Below are positions 57,200 through 64,000 of a DNA stretch of 64,000 bases, one piece after another. The DNA comes from Candidatus Latescibacterota bacterium. GTDB taxonomy: Bacteria; Latescibacterota; UBA2968; UBA8231. The notes under the pieces are model-generated. The model did no database searches. It had not been told where the DNA came from and saw nothing but the letters and a program-made list of their open reading frames with translations. Every line of letters begins with the position of its first letter. Positions within the stretch are counted from its first letter, which is position 1. The stretch is taken from NCBI GenBank assembly GCA_965215195.1, contig CBDCDC010000002.1, positions 4,608,001-4,672,000 on the forward strand, written 5' to 3'. The translations under genes and the position numbers were made by a program.

Positions 57200-57285
57200 A
57201 TGAGCCGCAAATGGACGCAGATGGACGCAGAGTAGAAACGAGGCGATTCGCATCTATATGTGCGGTTGTCTGCGCCGTTTTCAGT
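57200..57285. repeat. REP-like ATGGACGCAG repeat with imperfect inverted partner
   Basis: CCGCAAATGGACGCAGATGGACGCAGA ... CATCTATATGTGCGG. Confidence 0.4.
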
Positions 57286-59556
57286 GTGCCTCCGGCGAGT
57301 GCCGACGAGCTCCGCTTTGCCACCCGCCGCGACTGGCAGGCTTGGCCGCTGCCCGGCACGGTTGAGCTGACCCCACAAGGTGCCCTCAAGCCCGTCGCGG
57401 TCCGCCGCGACATCAATGCCGCCCGCAATGCCGCGGCCTTTGGCGGCGGCATTCGCCGCGTTGGTTCCAACCCACGCGCCGCGCCGCTGGTCGTGGATGG
57501 CGATCTTTCCACCGGCTGGCACCCCCATATAGACGATCCCCCTGCAAGCTGGACCATTGAGGTCGATTTGGGCCGCGGCGTCTCCGCCCGCCGCGTCAAG
57601 CTGATTTTCGATCCCCAAGGCCCGGCGCCGCCGCTTTTCGACCTGCTGCTCTCCACCGGCGAACACGCCGTCGACGAGGTCGATAACCCCATCGCCGAGA
57701 CCGTTATCTATCGCCAGCGCGAGCGATTCAAGGAGAACACTCGCCACGAGATCACCTATGAACTCGGCCAGTCCTTCCACACGCCAATCCAGTACGTGCG
57801 CTTGGATCTGCTCGCCCTCGAACCGAACACTCGTCTCCTCGAAGTCGAGGTCGAAGCGCTGGGCGACAACCTAGCCTTGGGGATGCTCGCCCGCGGCGGA
57901 AACCTCGAAGTCGTGCTCGATGCGTTCGTCGCTCAAGACCTCATTCCGCTGGGCAACGCCCAAGTGCTCATTGACGGCGACCTCTCCACCCGCTGGTTCG
58001 TGCGGCGCACCATTCAAGCCGAGCGCGACGTGTTTTCGCACATCGTCCTCGACTTGGGTGCCACGTACTTTGTCGATAAGCTCAAAATCGTCGGCGGCGT
58101 AGTTGCCCGGCCCGGCGGTGGCATCACCGCTGGCAGCGGCCGGGTCATCGACTTTTTCATCACCCGGCGCTCCTTTGGGTTCAATTTCTACGAGGTGCTC
58201 GGTTCCGATGGCTCGGTGGCACCCGATGGCACCTTGATTTGGCAGAAGTACTATTCCGGCACCGCCAGCCAACACGTCAAAGAAGTAACCGGCGCGGCCA
58301 GCCACGAGTTCGGGCTAGTGCCTACCCGCTTTATTCGGGTGTTGTGGAAGAGCTGGGACGCGAGCAATCGCTGGGCCTTCCGGGGCTTTGCCGAAGAGCT
58401 TCAGGTGTTCGGCGCGGGCTTCCCGCAGAACCTCGAATTTCGCTCGCACCTCATGGACTTCCAAAGACCCAAAAGCCTCAACGCCGTATCTTGGGAAGCC
58501 GACATTCCATTAGGCACCCGGCTGGAACTACGCAGCCGCTCCGGCAACGAGGTCGAAAATTTACTCACCTACTACGACAAGAACGGCAAGCAAGTCACCA
58601 AGAGGCGCTACGACAAGCTGATCCCCAGCTTCAAAGGGCCTATCGACACCTCCCGGGTCATTGGCGGCGACTGGAGCGCGTGGAGCAAGCTCTACGCTTT
58701 CTCCGGCCAGGAGTTCCAGTCGCCCTCGCCGCGGCGCTACGCTCAGCTTCAGATGCGGATGGTCACCGCAGATCCAGCGGTGGCAGCCCAACTTGACGCG
58801 CTCAGCATTGCCTTCAGCGATCCGCTATCCCAGCGCGCGCTCAGCGAAATTTTTCCGACTCAGGTCTTGCCGGGTGAGGAAACCGAGTTCCGCTTCTTCC
58901 TACGACCGCGCGCGACGAGAGCATCCGGGTTCGACCGCCTCGTCTTGGAGACGCCGACGCCGGTGCGCTTTATTCGCGCCTTGGTCAACGACGCCCCCTT
59001 AGCGGTCGCAGACCAGCCGGTCGAAGCAGGCTTTGCGGTGACTTTCTCCGAGCCGTTGCGCGACGACGATCTCGTCGAGTTGCGCTTTGCCGCCCGGGTC
59101 TTCCAGCAGTCCACTCCCTTCGTCCTTTTCATTCAAGACGCTCGCACTGAGGACGGCAGCCGCCAGCGCGTCGATCCCGGGGACGCTACCGAGCAAGTCG
59201 CCAGCAGCACCAACGTCGTCGGCCTTCCCGTTGCCCGCGATCTCCTGCTCAACGTCGTCTTCGACACGGCGGTGCTAACGCCCAACGGCGACGGCATAAA
59301 CGACGCGCTCGCCATCCGCGCCGACGTGATCAACATCCTCGAGCCGCGCCCTTGGCACCTGCGGCTCTACGACTTGGCCGGCCACGCGCTCGTCGAGCGC
59401 TCCCAAGCCGTCACGGCGGGTGCCCAGCACTTCACTTGGGACGGCCGCGACCAAGCAGGGCAACGGGTGCCGCCCGGCCTCTACCTGCTCGAACTCCACC
59501 TCGACGGAGACGCCCACCAGCAGCGCGTCCGGCGCGTGGTCTCCGTGGTCTATTGA
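57211..59556 (+). CDS. Large secreted protein with discoidin-like domains and FlgD-Ig tail
   Basis: DGDLSTGW, IEVDLG repeats; TPNGDGIND and WDGRD..G..VPPGLYL; start uncertain. Confidence 0.75.
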   Translation: MDADGRRVETRRFASICAVVCAVFSVPPASADELRFATRRDWQAWPLPGTVELTPQGALKPVAVRRDINAARNAAAFGGGIRRVGSNPRAAPLVVDGDLSTGWHPHIDDPPASWTIEVDLGRGVSARRVKLIFDPQGPAPPLFDLLLSTGEHAVDEVDNPIAETVIYRQRERFKENTRHEITYELGQSFHTPIQYVRLDLLALEPNTRLLEVEVEALGDNLALGMLARGGNLEVVLDAFVAQDLIPLGNAQVLIDGDLSTRWFVRRTIQAERDVFSHIVLDLGATYFVDKLKIVGGVVARPGGGITAGSGRVIDFFITRRSFGFNFYEVLGSDGSVAPDGTLIWQKYYSGTASQHVKEVTGAASHEFGLVPTRFIRVLWKSWDASNRWAFRGFAEELQVFGAGFPQNLEFRSHLMDFQRPKSLNAVSWEADIPLGTRLELRSRSGNEVENLLTYYDKNGKQVTKRRYDKLIPSFKGPIDTSRVIGGDWSAWSKLYAFSGQEFQSPSPRRYAQLQMRMVTADPAVAAQLDALSIAFSDPLSQRALSEIFPTQVLPGEETEFRFFLRPRATRASGFDRLVLETPTPVRFIRALVNDAPLAVADQPVEAGFAVTFSEPLRDDDLVELRFAARVFQQSTPFVLFIQDARTEDGSRQRVDPGDATEQVASSTNVVGLPVARDLLLNVVFDTAVLTPNGDGINDALAIRADVINILEPRPWHLRLYDLAGHALVERSQAVTAGAQHFTWDGRDQAGQRVPPGLYLLELHLDGDAHQQRVRRVVSVVY

Positions 59557-59646
59557 AGCTCTATTCTGGCGCACTAATTGACCTACTACCTTGCTCTACT
59601 CGGATTCGACCGAGTATATTCACGCCCTAAAGGAGAGACCAACGAC

Positions 59647-60678
59647 GTGATCGATTCTATAGACCTCTTCGAGAGCGGGACCCAAGGCTACCACACCTTC
59701 CGCATCCCGTCCCTAATTACCACGCCAACGGGCACGGTGCTCGCCTTTTGCGAGGGCCGCAAAAACGCTCGCGGCGACACTGGCGACATCGACATGCTGC
59801 TGCGGCGCAGCGACGACGGTGGCCAGACGTTTGCTCCCTTTGAGCTAGTGTGGGACGACGGCCCGAACACCTGCGGCAATCCCTGCCCGGTCGTTGATGT
59901 CCGCACCGGGGCGATTTCCCTCCTGATGACCCACAACCTCGGCCGCGACCACGAGCCCGAGATCATCGACCAAACGAGCGAGGGCACTCGCACGGTGTGG
60001 CTGACGCGCAGCGAGGACGACGGACGCACGTGGTCTCCGCCGGTGGAGACCACGGCCGACGCTAAGCAACCTAACTGGACTTGGTACGCCACCGGCCCAG
60101 GCGCTGGCATCCAGTTAGCCACCGGCCGGCTCGTCGTCCCCTGCGACCACATCGAAGCGGGCAGCAAGAAATACTACTCGCACGTTTTGCTCAGCGACGA
60201 CGGCGGCCAAAGCTGGCGGCTCGGCGGCTCAACCCCGCAAGACCAAGTCAACGAGTGCGAAGTGGTTGAGTTGCAGGATGGCCGCCTGCTGCTCAATATG
60301 CGCAACTACGACCCAAGCATCCGCGCCCGCGCCGTTTCCTTTAGCACCGATGGGGGTCAGAGCTGGTCGTCCATAGCGCGCGATCCGGTTCTCGTCGAGC
60401 CAATCTGCCAAGCCAGCATCCGCCGGGTCGGCACCAGCCTGCTCTTTTCCAACCCGGCCAGCCCCGAGACCCGCCAGAACATGACCGTGCGGCGCAGCGA
60501 CGACGATGGCCAAACTTGGGTCTGCGCCCGCGTCTTGCACCCCGGCCCGGCCGCGTACTCCTGTCTGGCTGCTCTGCCCGACGGGCGCGCCGCCTGTCTC
60601 TATGAATGCGGCACTGAGCAGCCCTACGAGCGCCTGACCTTGGCTCGCTTCTCTCTAAACTGGATACGCGACGCATGA
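59647..60678 (+). CDS. Exo-alpha-sialidase (GH33, BNR/Asp-box)
   Basis: AAGGAG RBS, GTG; FRIP motif, several S.D.G.TW Asp boxes, AYS, LYE. Confidence 0.92.
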   Translation: MIDSIDLFESGTQGYHTFRIPSLITTPTGTVLAFCEGRKNARGDTGDIDMLLRRSDDGGQTFAPFELVWDDGPNTCGNPCPVVDVRTGAISLLMTHNLGRDHEPEIIDQTSEGTRTVWLTRSEDDGRTWSPPVETTADAKQPNWTWYATGPGAGIQLATGRLVVPCDHIEAGSKKYYSHVLLSDDGGQSWRLGGSTPQDQVNECEVVELQDGRLLLNMRNYDPSIRARAVSFSTDGGQSWSSIARDPVLVEPICQASIRRVGTSLLFSNPASPETRQNMTVRRSDDDGQTWVCARVLHPGPAAYSCLAALPDGRAACLYECGTEQPYERLTLARFSLNWIRDA

Positions 60679-60702
60679 GAATTACTGACGTCCGCACTCT
60701 CT
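60647..60702 (+). repeat. 56-bp sialidase/enolase junction copy (left), partner 61412-61467
   Basis: CTAAAC..ACGCGACGCATGA(G/A)AAT(T/C)AC(T/C)GAC.TCCGCAC.CTCT; 45/56 identical by hand. Confidence 0.88.
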
Positions 60703-60728
60703 AAAATTCATTCTGACCGGAGTTTTTG

Positions 60729-60977
60729 ATGATCAAAGTCAACATTGCTGAGGCCAAAACGCATTTTTCGCACTATCTCGATAGCGTTGAGCAGGGCGAG
60801 ACCGTAGTCGTCTGTCGGCACAATGTGCCGATAGCAGAGATCCGTCCGGTGCCCCAACCGCTAGCGAAACTGCGCCCGGTAGGCATTGATCGCGGGATGA
60901 CCCTTCCCCCTAGTTTCTTTGAGCCACTCCCGGATGACTTACTCAACGCCTTTGGGGGCAACAACGAGGCGACGTGA
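60729..60977 (+). CDS. Phd/YefM-family antitoxin (VapB)
   Basis: VNIAEAKTHFS..L..VEQGE.VVV, FFEPLPDDLL. Confidence 0.9.
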   Translation: MIKVNIAEAKTHFSHYLDSVEQGETVVVCRHNVPIAEIRPVPQPLAKLRPVGIDRGMTLPPSFFEPLPDDLLNAFGGNNEAT

Positions 60978-61360
60978 AGCTCTTGCTCGACACCTGTACC
61001 TTCCTCTGGCTGGCGGCCGACGCCCCGCAGTTGACCCCCGCAGCGCGCACGAACTGCCGCAGCCCGGAAAACGATGTGTACCTTAGTGCTCTTTCAGCTT
61101 GGGAGATTGCCATCAAGTACCGGTTAGGTCGCTTGCCGTTGCCAGAGCCGCCGACTCGCTACGTGGTCAGCCGCCGAAGCTGGCTACAGCTCGAGCCACT
61201 CCCCTTCAACGAGGCATGCGCCGCGCATGACGCACTCTTGCCACCGCATCATTCCGACCCGTTCGATCGGGGTCTCGTCTCGCAGGCGGTCTTGAACGAC
61301 ATGGCACTTGTAACGCCCGACGAGGATATCGCTCGCTACCCGGTATCGGTTCTCTGGTAG
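60974..61360 (+). CDS. vapC: VapC PIN-domain toxin
   Basis: LLLDTCTFLW, SAWEIAIK, H.DPFDR, LVTPD. Confidence 0.92.
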   Translation: MKLLLDTCTFLWLAADAPQLTPAARTNCRSPENDVYLSALSAWEIAIKYRLGRLPLPEPPTRYVVSRRSWLQLEPLPFNEACAAHDALLPPHHSDPFDRGLVSQAVLNDMALVTPDEDIARYPVSVLW

Positions 61361-61439
61361 TAGTGCAAAGAATCCACGATTCCCCTTGCTCTAGACGACG
61401 ACAGCGTCTGGGCTTTCCCCTAAACAGGCGACGCGACGC

Positions 61440-62606
61440 ATGAAAATCACCGACCTCCGCACCCTCTGCCTCTCCCGCCCCCACGAACCCGACCGCCAGT
61501 GGTTTAGCGCGGCCTTCCACGTGGAAAAAGCCGACTGTCCCATCGTCATCATCGACACGGACGCCGGCTTGCAGGGCATTGCCGAGCCTTCCACCTATGG
61601 CGACCCGCCGCTCATTCGCCAACAGCTCGACGCGCTCAAGCCCAATCTCATCGGCCGCGACCTGTTCGACCCGGACCTCGTGCCCAAACCCACCGGCGAC
61701 CGCCAGACGCACATTGCCCACGCCGGTCTCGAACTGGTGCTGTGGGATCTGCGCGCCAAGGCGCAAAACAAAAAAGTCTCCGAACTCATCGTCCCCCTCA
61801 TCACGCCCGACACCCCCGAGCGCAAACCGCGCCCCCGCCTGCGCCTCTATGCTTCGGGCGGCGTCCAGTACGACTGGGACGAGCGCCCCACATCGGTCGT
61901 CGATGAAGCACGCGCCCTCGCCGACCGGGGCTTCACCGCCTATAAGATGCGGCTGGGCACTGAGTGGTCGTGGTCGGGCGTCACCGTTGCGCAGATGATC
62001 GCCTTGTTGCGCGCGGTGACCGACGCAGTGGGCGAGCGCATGGAGCTAATGCTGGAAGGCAATTGCCGCCTCCACGAGGCACAGGCCCGCACCATCGGCC
62101 ACTTCCTCGACGAGGCGGGCTGGACTTGGTTTGAGGAGCCGCTGCCCAAGGACCAGATCGACGGCTACGCCCGCCTCAACGCCGAACTGGATCTGCCCAT
62201 CACCGGCGGCGAATCCAACACGACCCTCGACCAGTTTGAGCCGTTCTTCGCGCAAAAAGCGTACGCCAAGGGCCAGCTTGATGTCGGCGTCTGTAGCTTG
62301 GGCGAGGCCATCGGCATCTACCACCGCGCCAAAGAGCACGGCATTGAGCTTTTCACCCAGAACTGGCACAACGGCCTGTTGACCATGGCCAACGCCCACT
62401 TCCTCGCCGCCCTCCCCGAAGAGCATGTGCTGGAAATGTTCATCGGCCAAGGGCCGTTGCAATGGGACATCCTCAAAGACCCGCCCGCGACCGAAGGCTA
62501 CCTCGCCCTGCCCGACGCGCCCGGCTGGGGTGTGGAGCTAGCTGACGACCTCGAAACGCGCTTCCCCTACATCCCCGGGCCTTGGGGCCGCGCCGTGAAA
62601 CGCTGA
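61440..62606 (+). CDS. Mandelate racemase/muconate lactonizing enzyme family protein
   Basis: TDAGLQG, LWDL.AK, YKMR, WFEEP, TGGE, PDAPGWGVEL. Confidence 0.9.
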   Translation: MKITDLRTLCLSRPHEPDRQWFSAAFHVEKADCPIVIIDTDAGLQGIAEPSTYGDPPLIRQQLDALKPNLIGRDLFDPDLVPKPTGDRQTHIAHAGLELVLWDLRAKAQNKKVSELIVPLITPDTPERKPRPRLRLYASGGVQYDWDERPTSVVDEARALADRGFTAYKMRLGTEWSWSGVTVAQMIALLRAVTDAVGERMELMLEGNCRLHEAQARTIGHFLDEAGWTWFEEPLPKDQIDGYARLNAELDLPITGGESNTTLDQFEPFFAQKAYAKGQLDVGVCSLGEAIGIYHRAKEHGIELFTQNWHNGLLTMANAHFLAALPEEHVLEMFIGQGPLQWDILKDPPATEGYLALPDAPGWGVELADDLETRFPYIPGPWGRAVKR

Positions 62607-62631
62607 GGTGGCTTATCGAAAAGCCGTCCGG

Positions 62632-62653
62632 GCGACATCGTTTTCGATGTTGC
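62632..62653. terminator. Hairpin between convergent genes
   Basis: GCGACATCG-TTTT-CGATGTTGC. Confidence 0.5.
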
Positions 62654-62687
62654 TGAAAAGCGCATTCAAACTGCGTACCATCGGCCC

Positions 62688-63005
62688 TTATTGAGGATCT
62701 GACGATACAAAATCTACTGACAGCCGCAGACCCATACCGCGCAGGATGGCGGCTAAGGTATGGAGACGGGGATTGCCGCCCGCCGATAAGGTTCGATAGA
62801 TATTGGACCGATTCAAGCCAGTTTTCTCAGCCAGTTTTCTCAGCCCTCCTTGCGCCTCTGCTATATCCCGTAAAGCCAGCAAAAGCGCTCCGTCGTCGTT
62901 ATCGCTCTGATACTCCTCTAAGGCCACATCAATGTACGCTTTAGCCTTGACAGGATCGTTGAGTTCCTGCAAATGGAATTCCTTAAAGGTTCCTAATTTT
63001 CTCAC
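62688..63005 (-). CDS. Addiction module antidote protein (HI1420-like HTH antitoxin)
   Basis: LLALRDIAEAQGG..LAEKTGLNRSNIYRTLS..GNPRL.TL. Confidence 0.9.
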   Translation of the reverse strand: MRKLGTFKEFHLQELNDPVKAKAYIDVALEEYQSDNDDGALLLALRDIAEAQGGLRKLAEKTGLNRSNIYRTLSAGGNPRLHTLAAILRGMGLRLSVDFVSSDPQ

Positions 63006-63280
63006 GGCTCTGACTCCTTATACTCAGCCCAATACGCCTTGGCTTGCCTTATATCGTGCTGCTGGGTGGATTTATCTCCTGCCGTAAGCAGAATAAGCCG
63101 ATTTGCCAACTCCGCAAAATACACCCGGTATCCCGGCCCAAAGTCCAACCTAAGCTCGGCAACGCCTCGTCCTACCGGCTTACAGTCGCCTAAATTCCCA
63201 GCTTCGATGCGCCGGAGTCGGTTGCGAATGCGTACTTGAGTACGGACGTCTCGGATCGCCTTGTACCAGTTTGGTAAATG
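63002..63280 (-). pseudogene. RelE-family addiction module killer protein (HI1419-like), 5'-truncated
   Basis: RL.RIEAGNLGDCKPVG.GVAELRLDFGPGYRVYF..AGDKSTQ; no start codon or N-terminal residues. Confidence 0.75.
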
Positions 63281-63281
63281 C

Positions 63282-63311
63282 TTGACAAGCCCCCTCGACC
63301 CCTTGTAGAAT
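63282..63311 (+). promoter_or_regulatory. Sigma70-type promoter for the RraA-like gene
   Basis: TTGACA-18 nt-TAGAAT. Confidence 0.6.
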
Positions 63312-63340
63312 AGTCCGCCCTCATCACCTTTGGAGCCAAC

Positions 63341-64000
63341 ATGATCAAAGATCCCCCGCTGCTCACCGTCCGCCGCACCTTCCCCCGGCCCCCGGAAGCC
63401 ATCCTGCGCGCCCTCCGCAATGTGCCCACCGGCTTTATCGCCGACTGCATGAACGGCCGCGGCGCACTCGACTATCGCATCAAGCCGCTCGACCCCAACA
63501 ACTGCAAGCTGGTCGCGCCCATCGTCACCTGTCATCCGGGGCCGGGCGACAACCTCGCCGTGTTTGCCGCGCTCGAAATCGCGCAGCGCGGGGACGCGAT
63601 TTTCATTGCCACGGATACGTTCACCCGCACCGCGGTCGCCGGCGACATCATGCTAGCCATGGGGCGCAACCGAGGCATCGCCGGCTTTGTCACCGACGGC
63701 CTGATGCGCGACATCGACGGCATCCTGCCCGTCGGCCTGCCCGCCTTCTGCATGGGCATTACCCCGAACTCCTGCACCCGCAATGGGCCGGGTACTGCCG
63801 GTATGCCAGTGGTCATGGGCGGGACTTGCGTTGATGCGGGCGAGATCGTCGTCGCCGACCGCGACGGGGTGGTGGTCATCCCCCACGACCAGTTCGACCC
63901 TGTCGTGGAAACCTTGCCCAAAGTGCGCGAGGCCGAGGAAAACCTCACTCGCCGAGTCCGGCTGGGGCTGGACAATATCGAGGAAGTGCGCGCGCTGCTC
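63341..64000 (+). CDS. RraA-like / HMG aldolase family protein (runs off window end)
   Basis: GGAG RBS; own translation MIKDPPLLTVRR..TGFIADCMNGRGALD..PGDNLA..AGDIM..GFVTDGLMRD..IVVADRDGVVV. Confidence 0.85.
   Translation, partial: MIKDPPLLTVRRTFPRPPEAILRALRNVPTGFIADCMNGRGALDYRIKPLDPNNCKLVAPIVTCHPGPGDNLAVFAALEIAQRGDAIFIATDTFTRTAVAGDIMLAMGRNRGIAGFVTDGLMRDIDGILPVGLPAFCMGITPNSCTRNGPGTAGMPVVMGGTCVDAGEIVVADRDGVVVIPHDQFDPVVETLPKVREAEENLTRRVRLGLDNIEEVRALL

Noticed and set aside
57190-57250. Hammerhead-like CGATGAG...GAAAC motif
   Set aside because: The core is not CTGATGA and the required stems are missing; a REP-like repeat explains it better.
63281-63535. 177-aa toxin ORF starting at 63535
   Set aside because: The upstream part is antisense to the RraA gene and promoter; toxin similarity begins only near 63270.
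1-64000. Prophage, integron or ICE explaining the cassettes
   Set aside because: No integrase, transposase, structural phage genes or shared attC-like repeat; each flanking repeat is specific to its locus.

Overview
GC-rich bacterial chromosomal window. It holds seven proteins with a C-terminal PNPFN/FlgD-Ig tail, plus ankyrin, NHL, FN3 and FG-GAP proteins and many enolase, PhyH and metallohydrolase genes. This content suggests (inference only) an uncultured FCB-group organism such as Latescibacterota, possibly a host or sponge symbiont. The backbone is catabolic and transport genes: RraA-like aldolases, 3 enolase-superfamily enzymes, a sugar ABC transporter, 2 CehA/McbA hydrolases, GGT with 2 DUF6785-type membrane proteins, and a sialidase. 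Small accessory cassettes punctuate it: 4 TA modules (2 with decayed toxins), Rpn, Uma2, a Schlafen-type ATP-binding protein, a GmrSD-like gene, an AAA-DUF4143 ATPase, ankyrins and a tandem NHL array. The main unexplained pattern is that several cassettes sit at gene junctions bracketed by two diverged direct copies (about 40-260 bp) of the junction itself. Differences between copies are largely synonymous and no integrase is visible, which suggests Campbell-type integration of small cassettes carrying their own homologous junction. Also found: a UGA-recoded peroxiredoxin-like lipoprotein with a SECIS-like hairpin, an Rpn gene with an intragenic RBS+ATG and a 16x12-bp repeat, a poly-C12 tract that uncouples a dehydrogenase from its signal peptide, and inverted 150-bp MITE copies around 4.6 kb of cargo. 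No rRNA, tRNA, CRISPR array, transposase or integrase was seen. Product calls come from motif recognition, not database searches.
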